A stretch of 64,000 bases of DNA from an uncultured Gammaproteobacteria bacterium (GCA_964609095.1 CAZSQN010000002.1:12633-76632); one strand, 5' to 3'; shown: positions 1-10,308, counted from the stretch's first letter. Numbers and translations are program-made. Notes: generated by a model not told the origin, from the letters alone.

Positions 1-19
1 GCCGGGAATCGTCAATGAA

Positions 20-226
20 ATGGTCTTTGAACTCCATGCCAAAAAGCCGTCAAAAACAAAAGAGACCATCGTCGTCTGGCGCATAGCTCACGGCGATTCT
101 GATTGGCTGCAAATCAGCCAAAAAAATGTTTGCGTACGCATAGCAAACAAACTTGGGTGGGTAATAGACGCAGAAGAATTAACAAGCGATAAAGGCGTGA
201 TCTTTAAATTAAAACCGTTGAATTAA
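20..226 (+). CDS. hypothetical protein, probably the 3' part of a gene starting before the window
   Basis: Frame is open back to the window edge; followed by a terminator hairpin. Confidence 0.45.
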   Translation: MVFELHAKKPSKTKETIVVWRIAHGDSDWLQISQKNVCVRIANKLGWVIDAEELTSDKGVIFKLKPLN

Positions 227-228
227 AC

Positions 229-262
229 AAAAAATCCTCCGAGATTATCGGAGGATATTTTT
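229..262. terminator. bidirectional intrinsic terminator
   Basis: Stem ATCCTCCGA/TCGGAGGAT flanked by A and T runs, between convergent genes. Confidence 0.75.
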
Positions 263-1501
263 TTAACAAGGATCTTGAACGATCGTTTCCAGCTGGAGCT
301 CCATGGCCGCGCTGTCATTTGACACTTCAAAAATAAGCGCGCACAAATCAAAATCAGCGGTAAATCGGATGTCTGTCACAAAAGCCAGCACCTCGCCATG
401 AGTAAGGGCATCGCACATCTCCTGCTCGCCAACGGCGGAAAGCCCGTAGAGCGCGCGATAGGATTGCCCGATTTCATCCGTAAAAACAATAATGATTCTG
501 GTTGAGCTCTCGCGCCAGCTCATAGGGAGCTCGCCCGTGCCAAGCTCGTAGACCGCGTCGTACTGCGGCTCCGAGCCGCCGCCGTTCAAAGGCACATTAT
601 TTAACGCAACTTCAAAAGTATCAAAGTCGGTTAAATCCCGTTCCAGCAACGGCCTATCCCCCATCTCCCCTGACGGAGAAAGCAGAACAAGGCCAAAACG
701 ATATGCCGCGGTTTCCGGAAAACGCACCGCAAAATCATGAGTCGCCGTTTTCATGGCTTCAATCTTGGTGGACATGGAGCCGGAAATGTCCAGAACAAAA
801 ACAACATCAAGGTCGGTTGTTTCCGACTCTTCGCAGACCTCGGCCACGAGTTCGCCGTCGGTACAGCCGTCGCAATTATTGTCCACGCCGTCACATCCTA
901 AAAGTCCTTGCTCCGGAATCGGAGACACATCTCCCAGACACTCGCCCCAAACACCGTTAGAGCAAATGCGATAACCAAGCTGGCAAGGCGAAAGCGGAGT
1001 ATCGGTCGCTTCCATCTCTTCCTCGCCCAAGCACCAGCCAACCAAAGGCGCGCCGGAATCGGACTCGTCAGTCATTCCATCGCAGTCATTGTCTAATCCG
1101 TCGCATTCTTCGGGAACGCAAGACATAAAGGAGCATCTGCCTTCCACGCAGACATATCCGTTAATGCATTCATGGTCAAACTCGCAAACGGCTCCTTGCG
1201 CATCTTGAGCAACGCACTGGCCAAATTTGCAATCGAGAGCCGTTTCCGAAAACAGCAAATCGCAAGACGGTCCCAAACCGCACCGGCAATTTCCATTCAC
1301 GCAGATATCGGTGTCATTGACATCGCAGACAATATCGCACTCGCCGCAATTCCAAAAATCTTCATTTAATTTTTCTTCATCGCAAGGATGCAATTCAACG
1401 GCAGAAGCGCCGGCGTCATCATCATCTTTTTCGTTGGCCGCCGTCGCGCACGAAACGCAAAACAGCAAAAATCCGCCCAAAATCAGCTTGCTTGCGTTCA
1501 T
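263..1501 (-). CDS. Cys-rich repeat lipoprotein with C-terminal von Willebrand factor A domain
   Basis: Signal/lipobox (FCVSC); ExCDGxDNDCDG-type repeats; MIDAS motif DVVFVLDISGSM, GGGSEP, IIIVFTDE; start moved to MNASK. Confidence 0.8.
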   Translation of the reverse strand: MNASKLILGGFLLFCVSCATAANEKDDDDAGASAVELHPCDEEKLNEDFWNCGECDIVCDVNDTDICVNGNCRCGLGPSCDLLFSETALDCKFGQCVAQDAQGAVCEFDHECINGYVCVEGRCSFMSCVPEECDGLDNDCDGMTDESDSGAPLVGWCLGEEEMEATDTPLSPCQLGYRICSNGVWGECLGDVSPIPEQGLLGCDGVDNNCDGCTDGELVAEVCEESETTDLDVVFVLDISGSMSTKIEAMKTATHDFAVRFPETAAYRFGLVLLSPSGEMGDRPLLERDLTDFDTFEVALNNVPLNGGGSEPQYDAVYELGTGELPMSWRESSTRIIIVFTDEIGQSYRALYGLSAVGEQEMCDALTHGEVLAFVTDIRFTADFDLCALIFEVSNDSAAMELQLETIVQDPC

Positions 1502-1621
1502 CCCCTTTTTCCTCTCTTTGTCAAAGAACATACCAATTTGACCACAAATTAAGCAAAGTGTCAAATTAAAAGCCCTCCAAGGTTAATCGGAGGGCGTACT
1601 TCATGAATCTTGTGAAACGGC

Positions 1622-2701
1622 TTATTCGCAAGGGTCGCGAATAAAGCCGTCAAGGCCTCTGGCCAGGATTTCCGCCGACTGGCCAAAGGAAAGAACTCCG
1701 GCGCAAGCATTGTAATCGCTTCCGTATTCCACAGGAGCGACAAACATCAAGCTCTCGCCGTGGGTGAGCGAAGCGCACATCGTCTCCTGGCTCACGGGCG
1801 AAAGGCCGAAATTCTGACGGTAACTTTGGCCTTCCTCGTCAGTAAGGCCGATCATAATGCGGTTGCTGCCGGCTCTCCAAGAGAGCGGGAGCTCATCGCT
1901 TGCGATTTCATAGACCGCGTCATACATTGGCTCATCGCCTTGAAGCGCGGAATGAAGATTCGCGGCCATTTCCCGAAATGTCTCAAAGTCCGCGAAATCG
2001 CTGTAGACGGACGGCCGTCCGTCCAGCTCGTAATCAGGCACGAGCACTATGGCGAACCTGTACCCATCTCCGGAAAAACGGTCAGAGACGGCAGAAAGCG
2101 CGTCCAAGACCGCCGGCATATCGCGAGCCATGGAGCCGGAAACATCAACAAAGAAAACGACATCGTACGCGGTATTGGAGGCATAAACGCAGAACCCGTC
2201 CGCGTTTACGGCGCCATCAACGCACTTATCGCAATCATTGTCAATCGCGTCGCAAGCAAGCGTACCCTGCTCGGCAACACAGCCAAGGTTGGCGCACCTG
2301 CCCTCAACGCAACCGCTGCCCTCGCCGCACTCGTGGTCAAACTCGCACACGGTTCCCCGCGCGTCCGTTGGCACGCACCGGCCGAACTTGCAGTCAAAAC
2401 CGTTCTTGCAAGAGCCGATGCGGAACATGCACTCCGCGTCATTGTCACCGCAATCGCCGACCGAAATCTCGCCCGCATCATCGCCTTTGAGAAGCCCGCA
2501 CTGGCACCTGCCATCCGCGCATTCGTCAGTGTCGTCGGCATCGCAAGCAAACTCGGCAAAACCGCAATTGTTAAAATCAGAATCCAAGTTCATCGGAACC
2601 GGCAGTGTTTCCGAAACCAACATCGTCTCCGGCTCTTCTTCGGGAATACCAACGGCGCAGCTGGAAGCGAGAAAAACGAAAAATAGGGCATAGCGGTTCA
2701 T
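1622..2701 (-). CDS. Cys-rich lipoprotein with vWA domain (tandem paralogue of 263..1501)
   Basis: Lipobox LASSC; DCKFG.CV..DA.G.VCEFDHEC shared with neighbour; DVVFFVDVSGSM. Confidence 0.8.
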   Translation of the reverse strand: MNRYALFFVFLASSCAVGIPEEEPETMLVSETLPVPMNLDSDFNNCGFAEFACDADDTDECADGRCQCGLLKGDDAGEISVGDCGDNDAECMFRIGSCKNGFDCKFGRCVPTDARGTVCEFDHECGEGSGCVEGRCANLGCVAEQGTLACDAIDNDCDKCVDGAVNADGFCVYASNTAYDVVFFVDVSGSMARDMPAVLDALSAVSDRFSGDGYRFAIVLVPDYELDGRPSVYSDFADFETFREMAANLHSALQGDEPMYDAVYEIASDELPLSWRAGSNRIMIGLTDEEGQSYRQNFGLSPVSQETMCASLTHGESLMFVAPVEYGSDYNACAGVLSFGQSAEILARGLDGFIRDPCE

Positions 2702-2814
2702 TGGCTTTCTCCTTTCTGGAGTTGTATTTTGGCTTATTTCAAGTTAAAAGAGCATATTTCAAAATATCACAAAATAGACGATTCGTCAATGATTTGGTAT
2801 TATTGTGAAATCCT

Positions 2815-4089
2815 ATGAATAATTTATCTGCCGCCGATCCGCAAATTGCTTCCTCTATTACCAATGAACTGGAGCGCCAGCGGGACGGACTTGAAATGAT
2901 CCCGTCTGAAAATTTTGTGTCTCCGGCCGTTTTGGAAGCGCTTGGCTCCGTATTAACCAATAAATATTCCGAAGGGTATCCGGGCAAAAGATATTATGGC
3001 GGAAACGAATTTATTGACGAAATAGAGACATTGGCGCGAGAACGGGCTAAAAAATTATTTGGCGTCTCTCACGCCAATGTCCAGCCGTATTCCGGCTCTC
3101 CGGCAAACCAAGCCGCCTGTTTTGCCTTGCTTGAACCCGGAGAAAAATTAATGGGTTTGCATTTAAGCTATGGCGGACACTTGACGCACGGCTGGAAGGT
3201 TAATTTTTCAGGAAAGTATTACGAGGCGGTGCAATATATTACCGGGGCCGACGGCTGGCTTGATTATGACGCGCTTGCCAAACAAGTTAGCGAAGAGAAG
3301 CCAAAACTTCTTTTTGTCGGCGCGACCGCTTATCCGCGCATTTTTGATTGGGAAAAACTCTCACAAATTGCCAAATCTGTTGACGCTTATATGGTCGCGG
3401 ATATTTCCCACATTGCCGGACTTATTGTTGCCGGAGCGCATCCGTCACCGGTCGGCTTTGCCGATGTGATTACCACCACCACGCACAAGACCTTGCGCGG
3501 CCCGCGCGGCGCCATGATTCTCTGCAATGGCGAACCGTCAGAGCCGATGAAAGCCCCGCCCGAGAAATCACGGAAATATCTGCCGACAATGATAGACCGC
3601 GCTGTTTTCCCCGGACTTCAAGGCGGGCCGCATAACCACCAAACCGCCGCCATTGCCGTAGCGCTAAAAGAAGCTGCCGAACCAGCTTTCAAAAATTACG
3701 GCGAGCAGATTGTCAAAAATGCCAAAACCCTTGCCGAAAAATTGCTTGAACACGGCTTTAATCTGGTAACCGGCGGAACCGACAACCACCTTTTGCTGAT
3801 TGATTTGCAAAACAAGAACATAACCGGGAGGCAAGCTTCTGACGCGCTGGAAGCGGCTGGAATTACGGCAAACAAAAATTCCATACCAAATGATCCGAAA
3901 AAACCTTATGACCCTTCAGGCATCCGCCTGGGCACTCCGGCGCTCACTACCAGAGGAATGAAGGAAGAAGAGATGAAACAAATCGGCGATTGGATAAATA
4001 AAGTGATAGAAAAACATAATAATGCGAGTATTCTTGCAAAAATCAAAGGCGAGATAAAAGAAATGACTAAAAAATTCCCAATATATTGA
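2815..4089 (+). CDS. glyA: serine hydroxymethyltransferase
   Basis: IPSENF, NKYSEGYPGKRYYGG, TTTTHKTLRGPRG. Confidence 0.98.
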   Translation: MNNLSAADPQIASSITNELERQRDGLEMIPSENFVSPAVLEALGSVLTNKYSEGYPGKRYYGGNEFIDEIETLARERAKKLFGVSHANVQPYSGSPANQAACFALLEPGEKLMGLHLSYGGHLTHGWKVNFSGKYYEAVQYITGADGWLDYDALAKQVSEEKPKLLFVGATAYPRIFDWEKLSQIAKSVDAYMVADISHIAGLIVAGAHPSPVGFADVITTTTHKTLRGPRGAMILCNGEPSEPMKAPPEKSRKYLPTMIDRAVFPGLQGGPHNHQTAAIAVALKEAAEPAFKNYGEQIVKNAKTLAEKLLEHGFNLVTGGTDNHLLLIDLQNKNITGRQASDALEAAGITANKNSIPNDPKKPYDPSGIRLGTPALTTRGMKEEEMKQIGDWINKVIEKHNNASILAKIKGEIKEMTKKFPIY

Positions 4090-4152
4090 GGGTGCGGGGT
4101 CGGGGTACAGGGATAAAAAACCCTAAACCCCAAACCCTAAACCCCAAACCCT
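4088..4152. repeat. heptamer-periodic inverted repeat (AGGGTNN / AAACCCT family)
   Basis: G-rich arm then (AAACCCY)n arm fills the glyA-folD gap; related copies at 12957, 47715, 60833. Confidence 0.7.
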
Positions 4153-4153
4153 T

Positions 4154-4993
4154 GTGAAAATAATAGACGGCAAAAAACTCGCTTTGGAAATCAGAACTGA
4201 ATTAAAAGAAAAAATATCCAAACTCGGCCTCCAGCCGGGTCTTGCCGTTATTTTAGCCGGCGACGACCCTGCCAGCCATCTTTACGTGCGCTTAAAAGAA
4301 AAAGCCAGCGAGGAAGTCGGCATCCGCTTTGAAAAAAAGATATTTTCCGAATCCGCGACAGAGGAAGATATCAATTCAACAATTCAACAATTTAACAATC
4401 GTTCCGATATTCACGGAATTTTAGTCCAGCTTCCCCTGCCGCCAAAATTTGACGAAAACAAAATCATCAGAACGATTGACCCCAAAAAAGACGTGGACGG
4501 CTTCCATCCCAAAAACCTTGAGTTAATTAAAAACGGACACCCCTTTATAATCCCAGGTGTCACGCTCGGCATAATGCGGTTGATTGAATCCACGAAAGTT
4601 GACCTCAAAAATAAAAAAGCCGCACTTTTGGTAAATAGCGACATTTTTGCCTTGCCTCTCCGTCATCTGCTAAAAACAAAGGATGCAGAAGTTGAAACAT
4701 TCATTAAACCAAAAATTTCAGATTTCAGATTTCAGATTTCAGATTTTGATATTATCGTTATTGCTTTAGGCAAACCAAAATTTCTTAAATCTGAAATGGT
4801 TCGCGACGGCGCCATAATCATTGACGTCGGCACCACCAAAGTTGACGGAAAACTTTTTGGCGACGCCGACTTTGATTCATTTCAAAATCGCGATGTCTTT
4901 ATCACGCCCGTTCCCGGCGGAGTCGGGCCGATGACCGTGGCCATGCTCTTAAACAATGCGGTTCAGCTCGCGAGCGTTCGCGCGAGCTCATAG
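4154..4993 (+). CDS. folD: methylenetetrahydrofolate dehydrogenase/cyclohydrolase
   Basis: HGILVQLPLP, KDVDGFHP, ITPVPGGVGPMTVAML. Confidence 0.97.
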   Translation: MKIIDGKKLALEIRTELKEKISKLGLQPGLAVILAGDDPASHLYVRLKEKASEEVGIRFEKKIFSESATEEDINSTIQQFNNRSDIHGILVQLPLPPKFDENKIIRTIDPKKDVDGFHPKNLELIKNGHPFIIPGVTLGIMRLIESTKVDLKNKKAALLVNSDIFALPLRHLLKTKDAEVETFIKPKISDFRFQISDFDIIVIALGKPKFLKSEMVRDGAIIIDVGTTKVDGKLFGDADFDSFQNRDVFITPVPGGVGPMTVAMLLNNAVQLASVRASS

Positions 4994-6111
4994 CCGGCTC
5001 CGGCGGCAAACAAAAAAACAATAAGCCATAAAACAAAACCGGGGATTTTTAAGCTAAACTCCGGTTTTCTTTTGCCCAACTTTATTGCCCGGCGATAGAT
5101 GAGCGCGATCAAAATCACGTCTATCGCTCCAAAAACCCCGCCGGTCACGCTGATTACATTTATAAAACTTCTGGCGCCGATAAGATACAGTCCTAAAGGA
5201 ATTCCCAAAGTTATGGCGCCGGCGATTTTTTTGGAAATCTTAAAATCGTATTCCAAAGTTTCTTTCGTGTATATTCCCAAAACCAAAAATGACGTGGCAA
5301 TGGCCAGGACGCCAAAGGCCGCGCCGGCAATAACAATGCCATAACCCAAAAAAGGATAAAGCCCTAAAATTGATTCTTCGCTTGCGAGTTTGCCCGAAAC
5401 GCCAAGAACAGACGAGGCAAAAACAGCGGTGATAAAAGCGGCAATCAATGACCCCCAAATAACAGCGGATCTAATTTTGCGGCTGTTCTTTTCTAAAATA
5501 TCCCGCGCCTCCGGAATCGCCGCCCATCCGGCTAAAGAAAAAATCAGCACGCCAAACGGCAAGAGCGCATCGGAAATATCTCCTTTAAGGAGAAAATTTT
5601 CAACTTTTACTTGAGGCGCGCCCATAATAACAATAAAAATGGCGGTTAAAAGGAGAAACCCCGTGAGAATCAGTTCAACTTTGGAAACGATTTTAAGCCC
5701 GGCAATCACCAAAACACCCATGACAAAAAAGAATAAAAGCTGGTAGCCGGTTTGCCCGAGAGGAATAATCGCGCCGGAGAGCTGCCAGAGAAACGCGCCT
5801 CCGATAATCATATAGGCAAGCAGGGCGCCCAGCGCTCCAAGCACATTTGAGGCAAAGGCCGCCCGCTCTCCTATTTTTCCAAGGTAAAGGCGAGCGAATC
5901 CGGCCAAACGGTGTTTGCCAACGGTACGAAGTATTATTTCGCCAAACATCAAATGAGCGATGATAATGAAGACGGAAATCGCCGCGAGTTCCGCAATTCC
6001 GATAAAAAACCCCGACTTGCTCCAGCTAAAAGCAACGCCGAAAATCCCGGCTCCCACGATAAAACCGGCAACGGTGGCAATAGCGCGAAAATAAGCGCGA
6101 TCAATCTTCAT
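4963..6111 (-). CDS. aromatic amino acid permease family transporter
   Basis: IVGAGIFG N-terminal motif, ~11 hydrophobic segments, IATSFL. Confidence 0.8.
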   Translation of the reverse strand: MKIDRAYFRAIATVAGFIVGAGIFGVAFSWSKSGFFIGIAELAAISVFIIIAHLMFGEIILRTVGKHRLAGFARLYLGKIGERAAFASNVLGALGALLAYMIIGGAFLWQLSGAIIPLGQTGYQLLFFFVMGVLVIAGLKIVSKVELILTGFLLLTAIFIVIMGAPQVKVENFLLKGDISDALLPFGVLIFSLAGWAAIPEARDILEKNSRKIRSAVIWGSLIAAFITAVFASSVLGVSGKLASEESILGLYPFLGYGIVIAGAAFGVLAIATSFLVLGIYTKETLEYDFKISKKIAGAITLGIPLGLYLIGARSFINVISVTGGVFGAIDVILIALIYRRAIKLGKRKPEFSLKIPGFVLWLIVFLFAAGAGYELARTLAS

Positions 6112-6198
6112 TTTTTTATTATATCAAATTACCCACAGTTGCTCCACAAAAAACTCTTGCCCAACCCTGGCGCGGAAGCGTAAAATATAGACGCTCAT

Positions 6199-6296
6199 AA
6201 TGCAAATATCGCGAATGAATGCGAATACCACGAATATGCAAATACAGTATTCGCATATTCGCGTGATATTGGCATTAGATTCGCATTATTCGCATT
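6199..6296. repeat. GCGAAT/ATTCGC periodic inverted repeat (gene-less copy of the GxxExxY flanking arms)
   Basis: 6248-6275 is the exact 28-bp reverse complement of 39855-39882. Confidence 0.8.
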
Positions 6297-6303
6297 ATAT
6301 TTT

Positions 6304-7659
6304 ATGGAAAAACTCACTCCCCAAAATCTTGAAGCCGAAATGTCGCTTTTGGGCTCGCTTCTTTTGGATAAAGACGCGATGATTAAAATTGCCGACATCG
6401 TGCACAGCGAAGATTTTTACAAAGACAGCCACAGGATAATCTTTGATTCAATCATTGAACTGTACGGAAAACACGAGCCCATTGACCTCTTGTCTTTGGG
6501 AAACAAGCTTGGCGAACGGGGCAAACTGGAAGTTGTTGGCGGCCGCACTTATCTGGCCGAACTTGCCAACGCGGTGCCGACCTCATCGCACGCCAAGCAT
6601 TATGCCGAGATTGTGCAAAAAAAGGCCTCTTTGCGGCGGCTCATCAATGTCTCGGCGGAAATCGCCGAACTTGGATTTACGGAATCGGAGGATGTGGAGC
6701 GACTTCTGGATTCGGCCGAACAAAAACTTTTCGGCGTGTCGCAAAAATACCTGCGCCAGATTTTTATGCCTATCAGAAACGTGCTGGAAGAGGCATTTGA
6801 ACGGATTGACGTGCTTCACCGCGAAAAGGGCAAGCTCCGCGGCATCCCCACCGGCTTTCAGGACTTGGATGATCTTTTGGCGGGAATGCAAAAATCGGAT
6901 TTGATTATTTTAGCCGCGCGGCCGTCAGTGGGCAAAACAAGCTTGGCGCTGGATGTGGCGCGGCACGTGGGCACAAAGGCGAAAAAGGCCGTCGGCATAT
7001 TTTCGCTGGAAATGAGCCGCGACCAGCTGGTTGACCGCCTTATCTGCGCGGAATCAGGCGTCAATCTCTGGAATATGAGAACCGGCAACCTTTCCGACGA
7101 GCCGGGCAACAACGAATTTGAGCGGGTGGGACACGCCTTGGGAACGCTCTCCGAAGCGCCGATTTTTATTGACGATTCCCCCAACGCCAATATTATAGAA
7201 ATCCGCACCAAAGCCCGCCGCCTGCAAATGGAATACGGCTTGGATCTCCTGATAGTGGATTATCTTCAATTGATGGAATCGCGTTCAAAAATAGAAAGCA
7301 GGGTGCAGGAAGTGGCGGAAATCACCCGCGCGCTTAAGGGCATCGCGCGCGAGCTTAACATCCCGGTTCTTGCGCTTTCCCAGCTCTCTCGCGCGGTGGA
7401 GATGAGCAAGCCGGCCATTCCCAAACTGGCCCACTTGCGCGAATCCGGCTCCATTGAACAAGACGCAGATGTGGTCATGTTTATCTACCGCAAAGCCGCC
7501 GACGGGGGATACAGCCGCGAAGACCTTGGCCCGGAAGAAAAGAACCTGGCCGAAATCTATATTGCCAAGCACAGAAACGGCCCGACCGGTTTGGTTAAAT
7601 TGTATTTTGACGAAGCCAAGACAAGCTTCCGCGATCTTGAAACAAGATACCAAACATAA
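6304..7659 (+). CDS. dnaB: replicative DNA helicase
   Basis: AARPSVGKT, IVDYLQLM, LRESGSIEQDAD, KHRNGPTG. Confidence 0.98.
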   Translation: MEKLTPQNLEAEMSLLGSLLLDKDAMIKIADIVHSEDFYKDSHRIIFDSIIELYGKHEPIDLLSLGNKLGERGKLEVVGGRTYLAELANAVPTSSHAKHYAEIVQKKASLRRLINVSAEIAELGFTESEDVERLLDSAEQKLFGVSQKYLRQIFMPIRNVLEEAFERIDVLHREKGKLRGIPTGFQDLDDLLAGMQKSDLIILAARPSVGKTSLALDVARHVGTKAKKAVGIFSLEMSRDQLVDRLICAESGVNLWNMRTGNLSDEPGNNEFERVGHALGTLSEAPIFIDDSPNANIIEIRTKARRLQMEYGLDLLIVDYLQLMESRSKIESRVQEVAEITRALKGIARELNIPVLALSQLSRAVEMSKPAIPKLAHLRESGSIEQDADVVMFIYRKAADGGYSREDLGPEEKNLAEIYIAKHRNGPTGLVKLYFDEAKTSFRDLETRYQT

Positions 7660-7663
7660 CGCC

Positions 7664-8266
7664 ATGAAAAATTTTTCTCCCGCCATTCAAGAATTGCTTC
7701 GGTTTCTTAATAATCTTCCCGGCGTCGGGCCTAAAACCGCCCGCCGCTATCTTTTTCATCTGCTGCGCGAGCCGCCTTTGGAGCTGCAACGCTTTGCCGC
7801 CGCCATTGGCGGCATCCCCAATGAGCTTGCCGTCTGCGGCAGGTGCGGCGATTATTCTCAAAAAAATCCCTGCGAACTCTGTTCCGACAGCCGCCGCGAC
7901 AAAACGCTTTTAGCCGTTGTCGCCGACAACCAGGACCTTGGCGCCATGGAATCAACCGGGGAATTCCAAGGGCTTTATCATATTTTGGGCGGAGCGCTTT
8001 CTCCGCTCCAGGGCATAACGCCGGAGAGATTGCGCGTCAAAGAGCTTCTCCTAAGAGCCAAAGAAGACAAAATTACGGAAATTTTGCTGGCTTTTGACCC
8101 GGACATTGACGGCGAGTCCACCATGCTCTACTTGGGGAAACTTCTTTATCCGCTGGGCGTAAAAGTGACTCGTTTGGCGCGCGGGCTGCCGATGGGAAGC
8201 AACTTGGAATACGCCGACCCGATAACATTGACGGACGCCATCAAAGGGCGGCGCGCCATAAACTAA
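7664..8266 (+). CDS. recR: recombination mediator RecR
   Basis: LPGVGPKTARR HhH, C4 zinc finger, Toprim, TRLARGLPMG; start reassigned to ATG 7664. Confidence 0.95.
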   Translation: MKNFSPAIQELLRFLNNLPGVGPKTARRYLFHLLREPPLELQRFAAAIGGIPNELAVCGRCGDYSQKNPCELCSDSRRDKTLLAVVADNQDLGAMESTGEFQGLYHILGGALSPLQGITPERLRVKELLLRAKEDKITEILLAFDPDIDGESTMLYLGKLLYPLGVKVTRLARGLPMGSNLEYADPITLTDAIKGRRAIN

Positions 8267-8293
8267 ATCCCCCGATTTTGTCGGGGGATTTTT
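8265..8293. terminator. bidirectional intrinsic terminator
   Basis: AAATCCCCCGA/TCGGGGGATTT stem between convergent recR and rplU. Confidence 0.75.
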
Positions 8294-8303
8294 GCGGCTC
8301 GTT

Positions 8304-8624
8304 TTATTGAGCGATTTTTTCAATCTTAATTTTGGTAAACTGCTGGCGATGGCCGACCCTGCGCTTATATCTTACTTTGGCTTTAAACTTGACCACCGAA
8401 ACCTTTTTGCCAAGCCCGTGTTCGGTGATTTTGCCTTCCACAATGGCGCCAGCAACAGTGGGCTTGCCAACTTGAACTCCTGTTCCGTCCGGATTGGATA
8501 AAAGCAGGACGACATTGCTAAAACTCACGGTTTCGCCCGGAGAACCCGCCAGCTTTTCAACCAAAATAGAATCGCCCTCTTTGACAATATATTGTTTCCC
8601 GCCCGTTTGTATGACTGCTAACAT
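8304..8624 (-). CDS. rplU: 50S ribosomal protein L21
   Basis: AVIQTGGKQY, GHRQQFT. Confidence 0.97.
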   Translation of the reverse strand: MLAVIQTGGKQYIVKEGDSILVEKLAGSPGETVSFSNVVLLLSNPDGTGVQVGKPTVAGAIVEGKITEHGLGKKVSVVKFKAKVRYKRRVGHRQQFTKIKIEKIAQ

Positions 8625-8680
8625 ATTTTTAAGCTTATAGTTTACAGCTTACAACTTATAAATTATTTGTCAACCCCGCA

Positions 8681-9130
8681 CTAATCCCTGTCAATCTTTA
8701 TCTCATCTCCTATCTTCCAGCGCCGCAACGCCGCTCCTCCGGAGGCAATTTCTAAAACAAAATCCGCTTCCTCTCTTGGAATCAATACTTGCGGGTCGCT
8801 TCCCGCTATCGGCGGCGCGGCGCCGGGAGCGATATCAACAATCTTATTTCCGTTAATCCAGATAATATCTATGGCAAAATTCATCCCTTTCATCCAAAAC
8901 GGATGGCGACCCGAAGTTGGAAAAACAAAAAGCATGCCTCTTCCCGGCGGCATCTCCGTCCTTCCGGAAAGCCCTTTCTCGCGCGCGCTCTGGCTGCCGG
9001 CGACTTCGGCAACAATCCGGTCTCCGTTAATTTCCACCATCGCTTCTTTCAGGTGATTTTGCTTATAGCGCAAAAAAACAGCCAGCCCAAGCACGACAAA
9101 CGCCAATCCTAAATAAAATTTCATTTTCAT
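8681..9130 (-). CDS. DUF192 family membrane-anchored protein
   Basis: REKGLSGR, GMLFVF, FWMKGMNFAIDIIWI, VLEI; start uncertain. Confidence 0.88.
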   Translation of the reverse strand: MKMKFYLGLAFVVLGLAVFLRYKQNHLKEAMVEINGDRIVAEVAGSQSAREKGLSGRTEMPPGRGMLFVFPTSGRHPFWMKGMNFAIDIIWINGNKIVDIAPGAAPPIAGSDPQVLIPREEADFVLEIASGGAALRRWKIGDEIKIDRD

Positions 9131-9137
9131 ATCAAAG

Positions 9138-10205
9138 TTATGTGCGGGACTTAATTCTTTTTTCAATAATTGACAAGGCGGCTAAAAAAATAACGGCTAA
9201 TAAAATAATGACAATCATCTTCCATCCGGTTCCCAAAAACCAGCTTGCGCCGCCAAAACCGGCCGCGAATAAATAATAAAACATTACCGCTTGGCGCTCC
9301 GACAAGCCGGCGTCAATCAGGCGAAAATGCAAATGTTCTCTTCCGCTTTCGGTTATTTTTTTTCCGCTTCTCCATCTTTTTATAATAACGGTCGCCACAT
9401 CAAGCACGGGCACGCCCATAACCAAAAGCGTGGTGGCGACTTTGGTGCCGGCGGCAATGGCCAGAGAGCCGATTAAAAACCCGGCGATAGTGCTTCCCCC
9501 CTCGCCCAAAAAAATGCGCGCCGGATGAAAATTCCAAAACAAAAATCCGGTAAAAACCGCGGCTAAAATCCCCGCGAGCATCGCCGTCTGCGGCTGGTTA
9601 AGCTCCGGCCGCAGAGCTATTGCCGCTATAAAAATAGCGGCAACGGCGGCTATGCCGGCAGAAAGCCCGTCCAAGCCGTCAAGAAGTTTTGTCGTGTAAA
9701 TCATTCCCAAAAGCCACAAAAATGAAAGGACATCGGCTGGCAACAAAAAATTCCAAATTCCAAATCCTAAATTCCAAATTCCAAGGTTTATGACTCCGCC
9801 AAACGGATTCTTAATTTCCGTAAAATGTATTCCACCGGCCACCGCAAGGCCGGCTGCCAAAATCGGAAAAATAATTTGTATTTTTGGCCGCAGATTAAAC
9901 TTGTCGTCTAAAATTCCGCCGGCAATTAAAATCGCGCCTCCGGCGGCAAGAGCCAAAAATTGTTTTAAATGAATATAACCGCTTGGGATAAATCCTTTGT
10001 AGAAAAGATAGGCCGCGATTCCGAAAAAAGATAAATAAATCGCCAAGCCGCCCAAGAGCGGTATTGCCCTTTCGTGTTTTTTCCTGCCGCCAAAATCAGG
10101 CGCGTCAACAAAACGCGCCCGAAGCGCCGCCTGCCTTATAAGCCCCGTCGCCCACAAGGAAAGTAAAACGGAAATTAAAAGTAAAAAAATTATATTTGAA
10201 CTCAT
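9138..10205 (-). CDS. MraY/WecA/TagO family undecaprenyl-phosphate GlcNAc-1-P transferase
   Basis: PLLGGLAI, GILDDK, LDGLDGL, NFHPARIFLGE, HLHFRL; upstream ORF extension runs through a repeat. Confidence 0.9.
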   Translation of the reverse strand: MSSNIIFLLLISVLLSLWATGLIRQAALRARFVDAPDFGGRKKHERAIPLLGGLAIYLSFFGIAAYLFYKGFIPSGYIHLKQFLALAAGGAILIAGGILDDKFNLRPKIQIIFPILAAGLAVAGGIHFTEIKNPFGGVINLGIWNLGFGIWNFLLPADVLSFLWLLGMIYTTKLLDGLDGLSAGIAAVAAIFIAAIALRPELNQPQTAMLAGILAAVFTGFLFWNFHPARIFLGEGGSTIAGFLIGSLAIAAGTKVATTLLVMGVPVLDVATVIIKRWRSGKKITESGREHLHFRLIDAGLSERQAVMFYYLFAAGFGGASWFLGTGWKMIVIILLAVIFLAALSIIEKRIKSRT

Positions 10206-10225
10206 ACAAGATTTCCACAAATGTC

Positions 10226-10308
10226 TGTCATCCCCGCGCAAGCGGGGATCCAGCGGGAGATTGGCCCAAATATTTAACGACTGGATTCCCGTTTTCACGG
10301 GAATGACA
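10226..10308. repeat. REP-doublet/MITE-like element
   Basis: 28-bp imperfect inverted units TGTCATCCCCGCGCAAGCGGGGATCCAG ... CTGGATTCCCGTTTTCACGGGAATGACA, each internally palindromic. Confidence 0.75.

Noticed and set aside
1760-2686. 308-aa plus-strand ORF and similar long antisense ORFs (e.g. 24694..25311, 42276..42902)
   Set aside because: Antisense shadows of well-supported genes with no recognisable motifs
6200-6382. Small ORF MQISRMNANTTN... and similar extensions upstream of uvrA, uvrB and the WecA-like gene
   Set aside because: Translations of periodic repeat elements, not independent genes
7454-7663. N-terminal extension of recR overlapping dnaB
   Set aside because: RecR similarity starts at ATG 7664, just after the dnaB stop
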